Shown here one piece after another: positions 1-14,199 of a stretch of DNA of 64,000 bases. The translations under genes and the position numbers were made by a program. How positions within the stretch are numbered: position 1 is the first letter of the stretch; every line of letters begins with the position of its first letter. The notes beneath the pieces are model-generated. The model had not been told where the DNA came from and did not search any database. It saw nothing but the letters and a program-made list of their open reading frames with translations. Source of the stretch: Chrysomallon squamiferum (taxonomy: Eukaryota > Animalia > Mollusca); assembly GCA_012295275.1 (NCBI GenBank), contig CM022672.1, positions 28,148,001-28,212,000 on the forward strand, in the 5' to 3' direction.

Positions 1-531
1 TCAAAATTAACTTATTTTTTGTCGCAAAATTCATGTTATTGTTCTTGTATGTAACAGCCAACTATACAGGCCTAATTTAAATACAAAATAAAAATAACAA
101 AAAGTATTATATTAAATTAAAGCCGCTATGTCGTTTAATAACAGAATATTAAGGGCAAGTAATTACTGAACTCACTATAATGACTTGAATTATAAAAACA
201 TTGAATTTCTTCAATTCAGTATATAACACAGAAAAATAAGAAAGGAAAAAGCTATTCTTTCAACAGGTTTCTAATATATCTAATTTTTGAAAATAATTAA
301 AAGAAATAATAATAATAAAAGATGAAAACAAAATAAAATAAAAATAAATAATCGATATAGCGGCTTAAAAAATTTGAGAAAGAAAGAAAGAAAAGAAAAC
401 GAAAATACATTAAAAAAAAAAAAATCACAGTAAACTAATTTTTTTACATATTCATTTGCTATTCATAAATACAAAAAGAGAATTCAAAGAAATGAGAAAT
501 GTTCAGTTAAAGTAATGTCTAAATTTCACAG

Positions 532-2167
532 ATCCAACCAAAAAAACAGAAATCGAGGAAAGCAAACCAGAGAAAGAAAATGAAGGAGTAAATTCCCTTC
601 AAAGCTCTGTACCAGACGTCAAAAGCAATGACGTAGATCACAAACTTACCAGTGACAGTTCCAAAGAATCAAATCCTGTTCATCTAAATGGTGCTGTGAC
701 AACGCAGACGTCACAGAATATACCAGAGGTAGGAATGTTCCCCATTGCAACTTTGATTTTAAGCTGTAGACACAGCAAACAGCATAACGAACTTCGTTTC
801 AAACTATCACTGAAGGCCTGTTGAAAAATCTAGAAAATCGAACGATTTACATAATTTTTGATAAAATAAATAAATATATGGTACAAAGAACCACCACATG
901 AATAAAGATTTTTATCAATATATAAAGCTTTTAATGAATTCATTTAAGATTATTTAATTTAATTATCTCAACAGTCTTAAGACAACAATAAAATGGACAG
1001 AAATTACTAGATTATAACGATCTTTCAATAATAATAATGATTATGATGATCATGATGAAAAGTCCCTTAAAATTTAATTTAAAAATATTATTAGCAATGA
1101 AAAAAATAATTTTTATGTGTAATGTTAAATTAATACTTTTTTGATGATTGTAATAATATCATCATCATCATTTTGCTTATTATTATTATTTATTTATTTA
1201 TTTATTTTTATTTTATTTTCTTTTTATTTTATTTTTATTCTTTTCATACTAAATTCCTGATATTAAGGGGTTTTATTTTGTATTACTTTCTTTTCTTATT
1301 TTTTTTTTTTTTTTACTAGTAAAATGATGTTTTATTTATAAAACAAAATAAATAAATTAAAAAGAATGTATACAAATGCATGGGGCCAATAGTTTTGTTG
1401 ATAATAGGATAAGTTTTGGCTATAATAACGTAATGCCATTATCATTACTGAATTTCTTCGGAAAAGCTGTAACTTTCACAAACTCTTCATCTTTAGCATA
1501 CTGAAATCAAATCAACCACATACATTATTACAGCTCAATTAGCTCAGCTGTTATTCGTGAGCATTGCGATCTTATTTAAGCTCGACTTCAAATACTATCA
1601 AGTCCAGCGTTTTTATTTAAATTGTTGCTTTCCTTCACATCTTAAGTTAATACACAGTTGTGTTCACATTTTAGTTTAGTTTCTGTTCAATTTAGGTTAA
1701 TAGCTAGTTTATGACACGCACCACTTTCAGACTGATTCAGTCACTTCACTATTTGCATTTTGTTCTTGATTTAATCATAAACAAAACAACAGAGAATATT
1801 ATAAAAGATAATTACTTTCATTTACCATTTGACTACTTCATTTAATAATATTAATAACTTCAAGGTTTTCAAATTGATAATTAGGACTTTTTTTTTTTTT
1901 CAAAAACTATGTTCATAAAATGACTTAGTATCGTTATTTGTTTAACCTTTGTATCCTTTTCAGAAAAATCTCAATAATCAGCAGTCTGTAGTGTCGTCTG
2001 GTTCCAAAGAAAGTAACAGAAAAGACTATTCATGTAGACAACAAACAGAAATAGATCATTCACGAAAAATCAAGACAGACAATTCACGAACACGCAGTGA
2101 CTTTCAGAAAAATGGTCATTCTAAAACAACAAAAGGGACTAAAAGTGGCCTCTGTACAGTGAGCTGA
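532..2167 (+). CDS. Last two coding exons (532-728, 1964-2167) of an unidentified gene with a low-complexity hydrophilic C-terminus ending in a CaaX prenylation motif (..KGTKSGLCTVS*)
   Basis: The cag|ATCCAACC acceptor at 531 opens a frame (PTKKTEIEESKPE...QNIPE) that runs to a GAG|gtagga donor at 728. A tttcag| acceptor at 1963 continues in phase 0 (KNLNNQQ...CTVS) to TGA at 2165-2167. Upstream exons lie outside the window. Confidence 0.6.
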
Positions 2168-5100
2168 AGATGACTATTCCATCACATTTTCATCTTAGTT
2201 TTTTCTTCACTTTCTTTTCCATCGCTTATCAATCTATCATCATGTACATCTCATTGCACATTAGACTATTTGTTGGTATATATTTAATCAATCACTTTTT
2301 CATGAAACCAGTTTAGATTCCTTTTCAAATGCATTATCATTATATATCAGCATAAAATTTATTTAGCAAAACAAACATTCATGGTTTATGTTAAAAAAAA
2401 TATTTAAAAAATATTATTTCCGTAAAAATAATTTTTGAGTGTGTATGGTGGTGTGGGTGGATACTGCATACGTGCCTGTAAGTGAATAAAGAATGATTAT
2501 TCGCACGAGATCGCACTTCCTGCACTGACATAGCACATTAGACCTAGGACTGACCAAAAACTGCGGGAAAAGCTGTACACATTACTTAGCTTCCGATTTT
2601 GAAAACAATTAGATTAGTTTCATATACAATGCCAAACTTGTCATTAGTATTAAATTTAATGTTTTAAAATACTAATTTTACATAGTTTTAGTTTTTAAAG
2701 TACACTTTTTATTTAGTTACATTCTATATTATCAATGAATCTTCATGATTATAAACATATAATGTATTTGTATTCAGTTTGAAGGCGAATTAGGCTACAC
2801 TTTTTACACAAGTTTGATTATGAAAAAGTTGTATAGGGTAGTCACAAATAAAAAATTAAATTTGGCAGTTAAGTTTTTCCTCTATATTTTACTTAAACAT
2901 TATGTGCGGCCACTAATGAAACATGCAACAAGAATTGGGTAGAAGAAATAAACTAGCAAATCATTCCTTACCCGTGTGCATTATATTGGTGTTTTCTATG
3001 CTTAAAATGACTTAAGGGGATCAAAAAGTAATCTTAATTTTATTTTTTTCTTCTTTTTTTAATTTTTTTTCAAATGCCAGGAAAAAAAATTTTTACTTCC
3101 CCATTTTTTTTTATTTTTTTTTCAAAATCAGTGGAGGGGGAGGATCCATAATCTAATAAGAAAAAGTGTAGCCATAAATAAGAATTTGTGACCAGATGAT
3201 TAGGTTCACTAAGTATAGACATTTTTAAAAACCGTCTCTGGTGCATTAATGTATTATTTTTCTTTGCACTGAGTCATTCATATTATTATTATTCATGGCC
3301 GTAACTACATTGAGGCAAATGTCTCACACCGATATTGAGGATTTTTTTTTTTTTTTTTTTTTTTTCAATTATTCAAAGATTTTATTTAAAAAAAAATATA
3401 AACAATATCCACTGAATGAATTCGTTTATATCTACGGTTACAGTTTGACGTCTATCGACATCGTTTCGATAAAAGATATAAAACACTTCAAAGACATCAG
3501 ACATCAAACAGGTTTATCGAAAACCTGATGATTTAAGACACAGCATCCTTTTCCCAAGTTTCAGTCTTAGCCCAGTTCTTGCTCTGGTGCAATGTACATT
3601 GTTATTTAGTTCCCAGACCCTTTGCCTCATTTAAAAAAAACTAATTATGGCCTTGTTATTGTTATTGTTATTATTATTATTATTATTAAACTCAAGAGAT
3701 ATGATTATTCTGGCTATAATATTAAAAAATATTAAACAAGAATTAGGACTGGCGTAAAGCTAATTGATTTACCTTGCGCACGATCGTGAATACTGTGCGT
3801 TTTACCCATCGTAAATGTATTATCAGATGTTGCAGCATGTGTCACATTTTAGTTTACATCACAGAGAGTTCTGAACATTACTAATTCATACAGTGATGAC
3901 ACATACATTTTGTATGACAGTTCATGCTATATATATATATAAACCCATATTAACTAACATATAAATTTTGTTTTCTAAAGTTTGACTGAAATAAAAAAAA
4001 TATATATAAAAGTAAAAAAATGTTAATCAAATTGTACAATAGAAAAAAATGTTGTTAGTGCAATACTGCATTTAACTACTTTTACCAGTGCCATTACTAT
4101 TTTTGTATTTGGTGTTCAATCATTCCGATAAACAATTTCTTTAGTAATATTTGGGATTTTTTCCATATTTATATTAAACAGTTATGTTAAACTGTTATGT
4201 TTTAAATTCCAATAAATTCACACTGAATAAAAATTTGGCAATTTGATCATATAATTATGTATTTTAATAAATGTATGCTGCCTACTTTGAAAATTATGAA
4301 TTATTACATCAGATATTAAAATAGTATGAAAAGGAAATCTGTAATGAAACTTACAAAGTAACATCAGTGATAGTTACGGTTTTTCAAAAAACGACTGATC
4401 ATCAACATCATTGATTTTTGAATATTACAATTATATAAAATACATACACAGAAAATTTGGGATTTTATTTGCATTGTTCTTCTCAGACATTTGTGTAGTC
4501 TTAATTTATGTATACACATAACACTCATTCCTGGGTGTATATATTATATAAATGTTATTTACATTTTTAGATATGTAGGCATGTTTGTCTGACACTTTTG
4601 TGCAATTAGAACAGGATTTGGAAGGAAATTCCAATTCATACTGAAAGTATACAGCAAAATAAACCACATCCTCAATGAAATAAAACAACTTTTCTATCTA
4701 ACATTATAAGTAAGATGGTATTTTAAAAAATATGCATTCATTTAAATACAGTTAGCGGTATAGGTTGATTTCAAACACTATGCTGTCTTAATATAATTAG
4801 TTAACAATATTAATATTATAAATAAGGTAACAATATTTTAAAAAATATATACTTTACAGTACTGGTAAATGGTTATTTTAATATTATCAAATATGTAAAC
4901 ATAATGTCCACAGGATGAATTTTTAATGATTTTCTGGAATAAAACAAGTGTAAATTAGCCTTTTTATTTAACTGTAGATGAAATTTACAAAATTTTGAAA
5001 AAAAAATTTTGAACTGTCCTATCTAATAGTCACATACATACATAAAATATGATACATTTAGACAATCACAGTAAATATTTCATCAATTTCAGATTATTAC

Positions 5101-5539
5101 CATTGTTAGCCTTATCTATTAAATAATCTTCAAGTATTAATATATACTGATCACTTCATAATCCAAAATTGTTTAGAACTGTATGAAAGAAAAACATCCA
5201 AATATTTTTCTGAATGGATACAAAAAAAGATATTAAACTATTTTATGAACAGCATATTCCACATTTCACTTAATCTGTTTATGCACACTGTTTTTAAATG
5301 TTGATACGTTTTCAACTATTTTCTTTATCACCTATGTACAATCTATGAATAAAGTTATTTAAAACTGCTTAATGGCTATGTTTTCTCAATTTCCAGTTTT
5401 ATCAATGTTATTTTAAATAATAATACTAATAATAACAATAATAATTAATAAAAATAATAAGTAGTAATAACAAATCTCTATGTCCCCCTGTTAGTACTTA
5501 TGACAAACTCCTCCTACTCCTATCTCCAGGATCTTCTTT

Positions 5540-7930
5540 AAAATGAATGAGTGAATGTTTAATGATCAGTATGAAAAACATATCACCTGTTGGGTGTCAA
5601 ACAAAGATAAACATAACAAAATATACAAAAATTCAAAATTAATTAACTTAGAGTGTAAAGGGTTATGCAAAAATAAAAGTATCACAGTTTATTTAAAATA
5701 AAATATATGGTAAAATTCAGTAACTCAAATTTTTTAAAACAAGTTCAGAATGGAACTGAAATGATTCCATCACATTTATTTGACCAAAATTCTTTCTGAA
5801 TCTGCTGAAGATGATCATACTCCACTAAAATGTGGCACATTGTTGAAAATTCTCTGATGTGTCAATGAGTCAAATATGTATGCCAATGTGAGCACAACAT
5901 AAGACTAGCTCATCCTTCCTGCACTGCCCATAGTAGGACTGCAACCTCCCAGGACCAGCTTGGCAGAATGACATTTGTTTACAAATGCATTGTTTCAACC
6001 ATCTTGCCGAACTGAAAAAAATATATCAGTGAATATGATCTTTAAAATCATTGAAAGGCACACCAACCTCAATATGTGGCAAATTTACAGCAGACATAGC
6101 AGCAGAATCAGCCTTTTCATTGCCTCTGATGTCAGTATTTTTATTGGCATTAGCTAAAAAGATACACTTTCGTATCAGCATCCCAATTAAGGGATGATCC
6201 AACTACATGTGCTGTAAAGAGTGAGAGTATGAAAATAATGCATTTGGATCCAATGGAATGTTTAATTTCTTCAAGGGCTTTAAGTACTGGCTAAATTTCA
6301 GCAGTGAAAACTCATGCCAAATCAGGGTATCTCATGGAAAAAGTTATGTCTGATGAAAAACTGTAACTCAAGCTACAGAATTCCTATTCTGCAATCCATC
6401 AGTATAAATAGGTATGAAATAAAGGTATCTTTCTTCGATTTCCATGACAACTTGAGGATAAATAATCTGTGCAATCTTTTCTAAGACGCACAACATGCAG
6501 CAGTTTTATTGGTTTAACACACCATGGTAGAATAACAAAATATGTTCATGTTCCCATAATGACTAAGAAATCAATACTGGAAGAAGTTAAAAACTGCTTG
6601 ATGTGATGATGGCATCTGGCCTTGCATCAAACAACCTCACATATTTATTGTCAAATACCACATCATGTGCATGTTTTGGTAATGCTTTTATCTTAGCAAT
6701 ATACTGCAGAAAAAGCTTTGTGTGTCAAGCACCCAAACAAGGTTTATGTGTGCCAAAATACAAGTTATCTAGTTAATATGCTCTGAATGCACCAAGACAA
6801 AGCCTAAGTCTCTGGTTGTGTGTGCGATTTAGAATTAGCAGGTAAGACCTGTGGCCTGGCCCATAACAGTGCACCCAAAATCCAATATCAATTTTATTAA
6901 AGATCTATTAAGTCAAAATATGACCTTTCAGTTTGCTCCCTATACAGTATTGCCAATAACTTTTTTAAATATTAAGAGCTTTTACGGTTTTGTTTTTACC
7001 ATATTTTGATTATAACTCAAAGGTAGCAAATCTGAAAATCATCAACATATAAAGAGCAGTCAACACCAGGTTTAAATGGGATATGCTGTTATTTTTCACA
7101 GAAAATAAGGTTACCAATAGGATGTTATACTGAGGTACACTAATGGACTAAAGAATTAAATCTACTGAATGAAGTAAAGGTAGCTGCAGAATGAAAAAAA
7201 AATGAAGTTTCATCCTTTAAAAGAATCAGTTCATGTTTAACAATCAAGTCCCACAACTGTTGAACTTTATTATTTACCTCCTTCCATACCAACAAAGTAT
7301 GATGACCATTGAAATCTCCCATCAAAATAAGAGGATCAGTGTTGATCAATTAGATCTTGATGGTCTTTACTGTTGAAACTATAATTATTATGAGGAAGTA
7401 AATAAACCAAACACAAGTTACAATTTCATGAGCTGCAGCTTTATCAGCCACATTCTGTAAGTTAGTATTTAGTATAACTATACTCTGGTGAATATTCTCA
7501 ACTCTTACTTGTTGAACCCGTTTCTCCATTCTCCATTTTCATATGAATATGCAAAATGATTATCCCTACAGTCTAATGATCTGTCACTCATCAGCAAGCA
7601 AGTCAACTTATTCCTACAAGCTGACTGACCATGTCCGAACATGACATTCGAAAGGGTTTGGAATACAAGATTCGACAGGACAGCTGAGATTCCAGGCTCC
7701 TACTGTCTGGGGAATTGATGGCTTGTTGAAAGTGAGGATCAGTCTAGTCATCAGAATAAATTCATTATTCCGTCAAATCTTAATCCTATTTACTGATATT
7801 ACACATCGAGATGAAAGATTCTCAAGGATTTCATCATCATCCACTGCAGCCATATCCCATGATTTAATCTGCCTGAAGTTATCATGTTCAAACAAGTGTA
7901 TCTCAAAGAAATGCTTGACCAATTCTTGAA
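5540..7930 (-). mobile_element. Decayed non-LTR retrotransposon (I/Nimb-like LINE): ORF1, APE endonuclease, RT and RNase H remnants
   Basis: Minus-strand fragments: an ORF1-like segment (DDDEILENL..LILTFNKP..IPNP, ~7640-7860), the APE motif PLILMGDFNGHH (7140-7349) and an RNase H-like segment (YTDG..., ~6200-6420). Many stops and frameshifts. The 3' tail resembles that of the copy at 14200-16770. Confidence 0.8.
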
Positions 7931-8263
7931 ACCAAAAATAATTTATATCAGCAAACTTTGTATCTTTAACTATTCATATTATCTGTATTAGTGATAAAAT
8001 AATGTATGTGTCATAACTACATTAATTTATCTTGCAATCATCAGCATCTACCTAAATTTGACAAATGGAGCTTCCTCTTTAAGCTTAATATCATTTTCAG
8101 TTACTCTCACACAAGATTTTACTGTGTACATGAAATCATTCCTTCACCTACCTAAATGTCAAATATCTTTAATCTTTCCTTATTTAAGTCTTTTTTCATT
8201 TCTTTTGAAAAGAGTTAGATGACATGAAATATTCGCCTGACTATTGGTGATAATCTCTTCATT

Positions 8264-10632
8264 CTATCCTGGTTTAAGTGTTGCAACAATAACTGTATTC
8301 CAATAACTACAGTATGCATCTTGAACATAATAAGGTTTCAAAATGTCTACTTCAGTAAATACATCTCTGCTTTGACTATCTCCAACACCAAGTTGTCCAT
8401 ACTTATTCCAGCCAGTAGTAAAAAGGCGATGTTCATCTGCAAAAAGAATAACAAAATAATAAAAAATATTTTAATTAATGACAACTAAACAAGTGTGAAT
8501 AATGTTGTCATACAATTTTATTAGGATTGAGACAGATTAGTCAGGAAGTCTCTATGCACCACATAAGCTTCGTGTAAAAAATAAAGAGTCTACCTATAAT
8601 AACAGCTGTATGTCTTGACCCACAAGATACTTTGACAACTGATAAACTGTGAGGTACTGTGATAGGCTCTGGCACGGCTACCAAAGACTGGCATAGTTCA
8701 TCAGATGTGCCAAGTTGTGAAGATCTTAAAGAAGGACAGGGCAGGCCTAGCTGACCTGTTTCATTCCAACCCCAGGCATACAAATCACCAGTAGCTGAAA
8801 TTGATAATAGTGTACATTTGTTTAATCTCATCATATTTTAATATTAACAGCCAGTTGTTAAATAAACATATGTATAATAATGATACTCCAAAAGTAACCA
8901 GTAAAAATTAGCAACAGATAATATAACTTCCCTAGACAACCTTTGATGGATCAGTCATTATGTAATGGCTGGAACAGGAAATATTTGTATATACCAAGTT
9001 TTCCATGATACCAAAATAAGTGTTTTTTCTATTGATACAACCGTTTCAGAAATGTTCCATGAGATATATATGTAATATGCAGTAAAATGTAAAAAGAAAC
9101 TGAATTCCAAAGTAAGATGTGAAGAAAGCTTCCATTCTGGAGTTGATAAAATTAAAATAGTAATTAAATGGATTTTTGTATAGGGTAGACAATTTTGTCA
9201 CTTTTCACTAACAGTATTACCATTATGCTTAAAGACCATGACAATAGAAAAGATTCTCCAGAGAAGCTGTAAAAAAAAACCCAGAAAAGTTTTATTGTTT
9301 TCACCTGTAATAGCCATTGAATGCCAGCCTCCAGAAGAAACTAAAGTAATATGGATCCCATCTAAGGCTTCTATCAGTCGAGGTTCTTTTTCCTCATCAA
9401 CACTGCCATGACCAAGTTGCCCTCGACTGAATATGGAAGAAAGAAAATAGCATTTAATACTGTTTCAGTTATCTGAAGAAAGTTTAAATGTAAATGTATA
9501 TTTCCAAGTTATTTGTTTTGTGATGTTCAGTCTTAATAACAAAATAATACAATAAAAGATCATGCATAAAAAAAAATGTGTAGTCACAATATAACTATAG
9601 GATGGAATGAATATGCATGCAAGTATAAGTGCTTACTTTTATAAACACCCATACACACAAAATCACAAAATTTGAACCACCATTTCCCAGCAAAATCTTA
9701 CATCTATGAACTTATTCTGAGTCCCAATATCCAATCACTGTAACACACACACAACCCAATTTTCATCAATGGAAGAGTAAATTTTACAAACACACCCTTA
9801 TCCATCCTAACAAATTTCATCCAACCTAACCCACATTTTTCTACTGTACATTTTTCTTTACATTTACTACATATCATTCGTTTACATTGTTTGTATGTCT
9901 GTACATATATTACTGTATTATACAACTGCTAAGTTTTAATCTTTTGGTAAATGTTATGGTTAATGTTTACATTCACAATTTCCCAGACTGATGCTTCCCC
10001 CTATTAGCCTGTAAAATTGAGGGTCAGCAGTAAACAAACATAGAACACATTGCTACCTACCTTCCAAGACCAAAACTATAGACTGAGCCTGTGTCTGTAA
10101 GTATAAGAACATGTTCTTTCCCACAAGTTAGAGAAACAATGCACATTTGGAGAGGAATCCTTGTTATAATCACCCAAATTACAGCTGTATCAGGTTGTTC
10201 TTCAGTTAAGATCAGTTTTCCAATTTTGCCTTTATCTGAAAAATTAAATATCAGCTGTATCCTGTGATAGAAAAACCACATTTTGTTTAATGTCATGTCA
10301 TCACTTTTTAACTATTACGTGTATCCAGATGACATAATGCAAGAGATCACATTCCACCAAACTAAGAGATAGATATTTGTCATTAGCTGCAAGTTACTGT
10401 TAACATTAACTTCCTACATTCAGGTATATTGAGCAGAATGACTAATATTGCGATATTTCATGTTATTAGGCATTGAATACATGATGCAGCGTCTGCTTAA
10501 ACATTCATGCATATTCTCTTGCTTCATTGCGGACTAGTAATAATAACATACAGGTTAATATACCATCATGGAACAGGCAAACATTTGCTACATTCATGTT
10601 GGCGAACATGTTACTCCATTTCAAAATTGATT

Positions 10633-10676
<44 letters not shown>

Positions 10677-12345
10677 AATAGTTTAAGAAATAAAGATAAA
10701 AACTAAAAAATTTAACCAAGCTTATTTTATTTGTTTATTTACTAATTTCTTTTCAGTGACAATAAAATCCAAAGTGGTCAAAATAAAAATAGATTTCTTT
10801 TTTTTCAAAAATGTTCTTTTCTTATAAAATGAAAATATAGCACACTAGCTTCTAGAATGATAGCATCATTCTAAAAAGTTCAATTTCAAACTATTAAGAC
10901 TGTACAAAGAAAGTATGCTCCAAGATAAAACAGTAATTTTATTTTTACTTAAAATAATTATGCATATAAAATATAAGAAATCATTTTATGACATGGAATA
11001 ATTATTATCAGTGAAGAAGATTACTGTTTTATTCTTGCAACATACTTTGAACAATTAAAACAAGTCTGACCTTAGTTGTTTTAATTTTTATCTTTTGTTC
11101 TCATATTATTCCTCTAAATTTCTTTCTTTTTTTAGAATCAACTATGATATGAAGTAATCCAAAAATTAACTTAAAAATGTATATTGATATATAAATGTAA
11201 CTTGGTACTAATTAATATTAGTTAAGTTTTTACATTCAGATTATATCCCCAAAACAGAAAAATAAATTTACAAATACATTAAATGAAAAACATTTTAATA
11301 TTTTTTAAAACAGAAAAATACATATTAAGGAACATACATTTCATTGTCAAATGATGTAATATAATATGTATTAAAGAAAGTGATGGGTGGAGTCAAAAAT
11401 ATTTCAAAAGATAATTTAATCTCTGATTTTTGTCGAGAATAATGATATTTAGATGCTGATGGAAAAATTAGAGGTGGTAAATAGAAGGTTCATACCATAA
11501 AGAATATAAAAATCTCTTTCACCACCATCAACAGCTTCTATATCAACATATTCTTCCAAGGCACATTCTTTCCATTCAGACTGCTTGTCATTCTCATCAA
11601 ACAAAAATAATGTACTGTTTGAGTTAACTGCCAGTACACGGGACCAAGTACATGCCAACTTTACAGGTTTGATGGAACTAAGCTGTCTGTTTTTAGTCCA
11701 AGTAGAATCTTGAATTTAAAAAAAATATATATCATATTATTGTATCTATTTTCTAAAATACAAAAAAAATATTTTAGTGTATGTCAGCATTAGAAAAGGA
11801 AAAGCAATAATGAACATCACCTCATAACTGATTGTGAAAATGAAAGAAACCAATGAATAATAAACAAATTTTATGTATCAGGTTTTGAATAATGATAATA
11901 CATGCCAGACAGTGACCACTCCATGACTTATTCATCAGTTAGCAGAAGAGTTTTTTCAAATACCATTCTATCTAGAAAAAATATATAATCAGACAGTGAC
12001 AGAACCAATACCAAAAAGACTGGATACTAAAAATGAATATATGAACTGCATTTAGGAACAAACAAAAGAATAAGGGGAAAAATAAAATGCTGGCATGCTT
12101 ACATAGTTTTACAACTTACACATATACATAAATGCCTATTTAAAAAGTGAATTATTACCATGATGATGTAAGTAAACTTCAGACCAGGTACAAGAACAGA
12201 CTACTGCATTATCATCACATTCACATCTAAGTATATTCACTGGCTTGTTTAAACTATGGTAACATTCAACACTGCCTCTATGCACTGATAACTGATGTAC
12301 TGATATCTGTTCAAAACCATTGAACCCACAGAAAAATACTTCCAT
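8264..12345 (-). CDS. RCCD1: RCC1 domain-containing protein 1 (~356 aa, 6 coding exons)
   Basis: Exons 12159-12345, 11496-11708, 10061-10235, 9305-9426, 8594-8794 and 8264-8436 are all GT-AG bounded with consistent phase. Motifs: FCGFNGFEQ at the N-terminus; RCC1 repeats TCGKEHVLILTDTGSVYSFGLGSRGQLGHG, SSGGWHS, YAWGWNETGQLG, VSCGSRHT, GWNKYGQLG; C-terminal CSYWNTVI. Confidence 0.9.
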
Positions 12346-12656
12346 TATCTTGTAAAACCTGTTTAAAAATAATTCATATATATAAACACACACACACACA
12401 TACACACATACACACACAACAGCCATCTGTAAATATATATACTTAACGAAAAAATATATATATTTTTCAACTGTTTTTTTTTTATTTTTTTTATGTAAAT
12501 AGCTCAAGAAGTTTACAGATATTAATATTATTCAGTTAACTCATTTTCCTTTTCACTTACATTATTTGCCAGTGTAAATATCATTAATATTTTCGTATAG
12601 GAATGAATGTAGGAAGTAAAAAGAAAAAAAAAGAGAAATAAACATTTATAAAAATC

Positions 12657-12706
<50 letters not shown>

Positions 12707-13132
12707 GCGAATTAAACTATAAATTTGTATCTAAATATGTGAAGAAAAAAAAATAATAGCAATAGGTTCATCTGCCAAATAATAAAGTAATACAAGATCA
12801 AATATATATATATATATATATTTATAAATAAAATAATAAAAATGTTGATGTTTTAGCCAGAGCTTAGTTCAACATTTTAATATTTTTGTCACCTTAGTTG
12901 TTTGCCCCTATTTTTTCCCCAACAATGCTAACATTATAATTACTAATCTGCTGATTTTAAAATACAGATAGTATTAAGTAATTGTACTAGAAATAAAATT
13001 GGTCCTATATGTTGAAGAACATTCAATAATGCTTTTTCGTTTTCAAATTCAGCATACATAAAATGAAATTAGACCTTCGTCAAATAAATAAATAAATAAT
13101 AAGTGATCTTATAGTTTTAAGGTTTTGTCTAC

Positions 13133-13400
13133 CTTCGCTTTAGTAAATCATGAATACATACTAATGGCTATTTTACTAAAATAACATTGTGCTTAGTGAC
13201 ACTGTAATAAAATTTAATTTATTCTTTTTGTCTGGTAGAGAACGAACACTTCGGAACATTCCTTCAATTCTTTGTCAACTATCGTCAACCTTATTTCTTG
13301 CGGTAAATTCTTCCACTGCGGTGGCCTGTTTCGTTGGGATGTCTGGGCATTTGTGCAATTACTTACCAAAATTTAAAAAATGGACAACTGCCCATCGACA
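13133..13400 (-). promoter_or_regulatory. Probable non-coding first exon and promoter region of RCCD1
   Basis: Minus-strand donor gaag|gtagac at 13133/13132, a locally CpG-enriched segment at about 13230-13400, and an acceptor at 12359 just upstream of the ATG. Confidence 0.45.
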
Positions 13401-14199
13401 ATGTTTATTTTATTTTATTTTATTTTATTTGTTTGTTGTTGTTGTTTATTTATTTTTTATTTTTTTATTTTTTATTTTTTTGACTTGGGATTCTGAAATA
13501 ATGATCAGAGTGTAAAATCTGTCAAAACGAAATGCCTTATCCTTGTCTGACAAATAGACTGTTTACGTTACATACCAGACTTAGATGTCTAAGATATTAA
13601 TGGTATATGAAAAATCCGAATTGCAAAATAGAGAAGGTTCTATAAACGCACAGTGTGGGTTATGGTTTGTTTTGCACAATTTTGATACCCCTGTACTGTT
13701 ATAGGATCATTAGAATGTTCAAGACTGTGTGGATTACATGCATTATCAAACTTATTCTAATTGCATTAATGTTTCTTTTCTTTTTGCTTCATTTTTTTTT
13801 TTTTTTTTTTTTTTTTTTGTCATTGGAAGCATATAATGTAATATTCACCTATATCCTTCTTATGAATTTTATGAATTTATCATTTATTTTTCCTTAAGAT
13901 TGTAATTTATTATTATTTACCTGCATCCTGTAACATTCTATGAGTTTATAGTTTACTTGTCCTGAAACATTATAATTTAATATTTGTCTATATTCTGTAA
14001 CACTCTACATCATTTTTGACATTAAAACAAAATCAATTACGCATTTTGTAACCATACAGAAAATATTTAACTGTATTCTACAACTTCTAAATTTACTTCC
14101 AATATTACTGTAACATTTTAGAAATTTATAATTAACTGATTCTAAAAACGCACACACACACATAACAAATTTATTTAAGACAAAGACGTAGTTCTCCTT

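Noticed and set aside
1951-1960. U12-type donor-like GTATCCTT
   Set aside because: It lies inside the polypyrimidine tract of an ordinary acceptor, with no upstream exon that would use it.
10319-10386. Possible extra RCCD1 exon (ttgcag|...|gtaata on the minus strand)
   Set aside because: Its 68 nt would break the frame, and the flanking exons already join in phase. There is no support for a poison exon.
13189-13897. Hydrophobic + strand ORFs of 108 and 80 aa
   Set aside because: Phe/Leu richness comes from poly-T low-complexity sequence; no motifs and no splice context.
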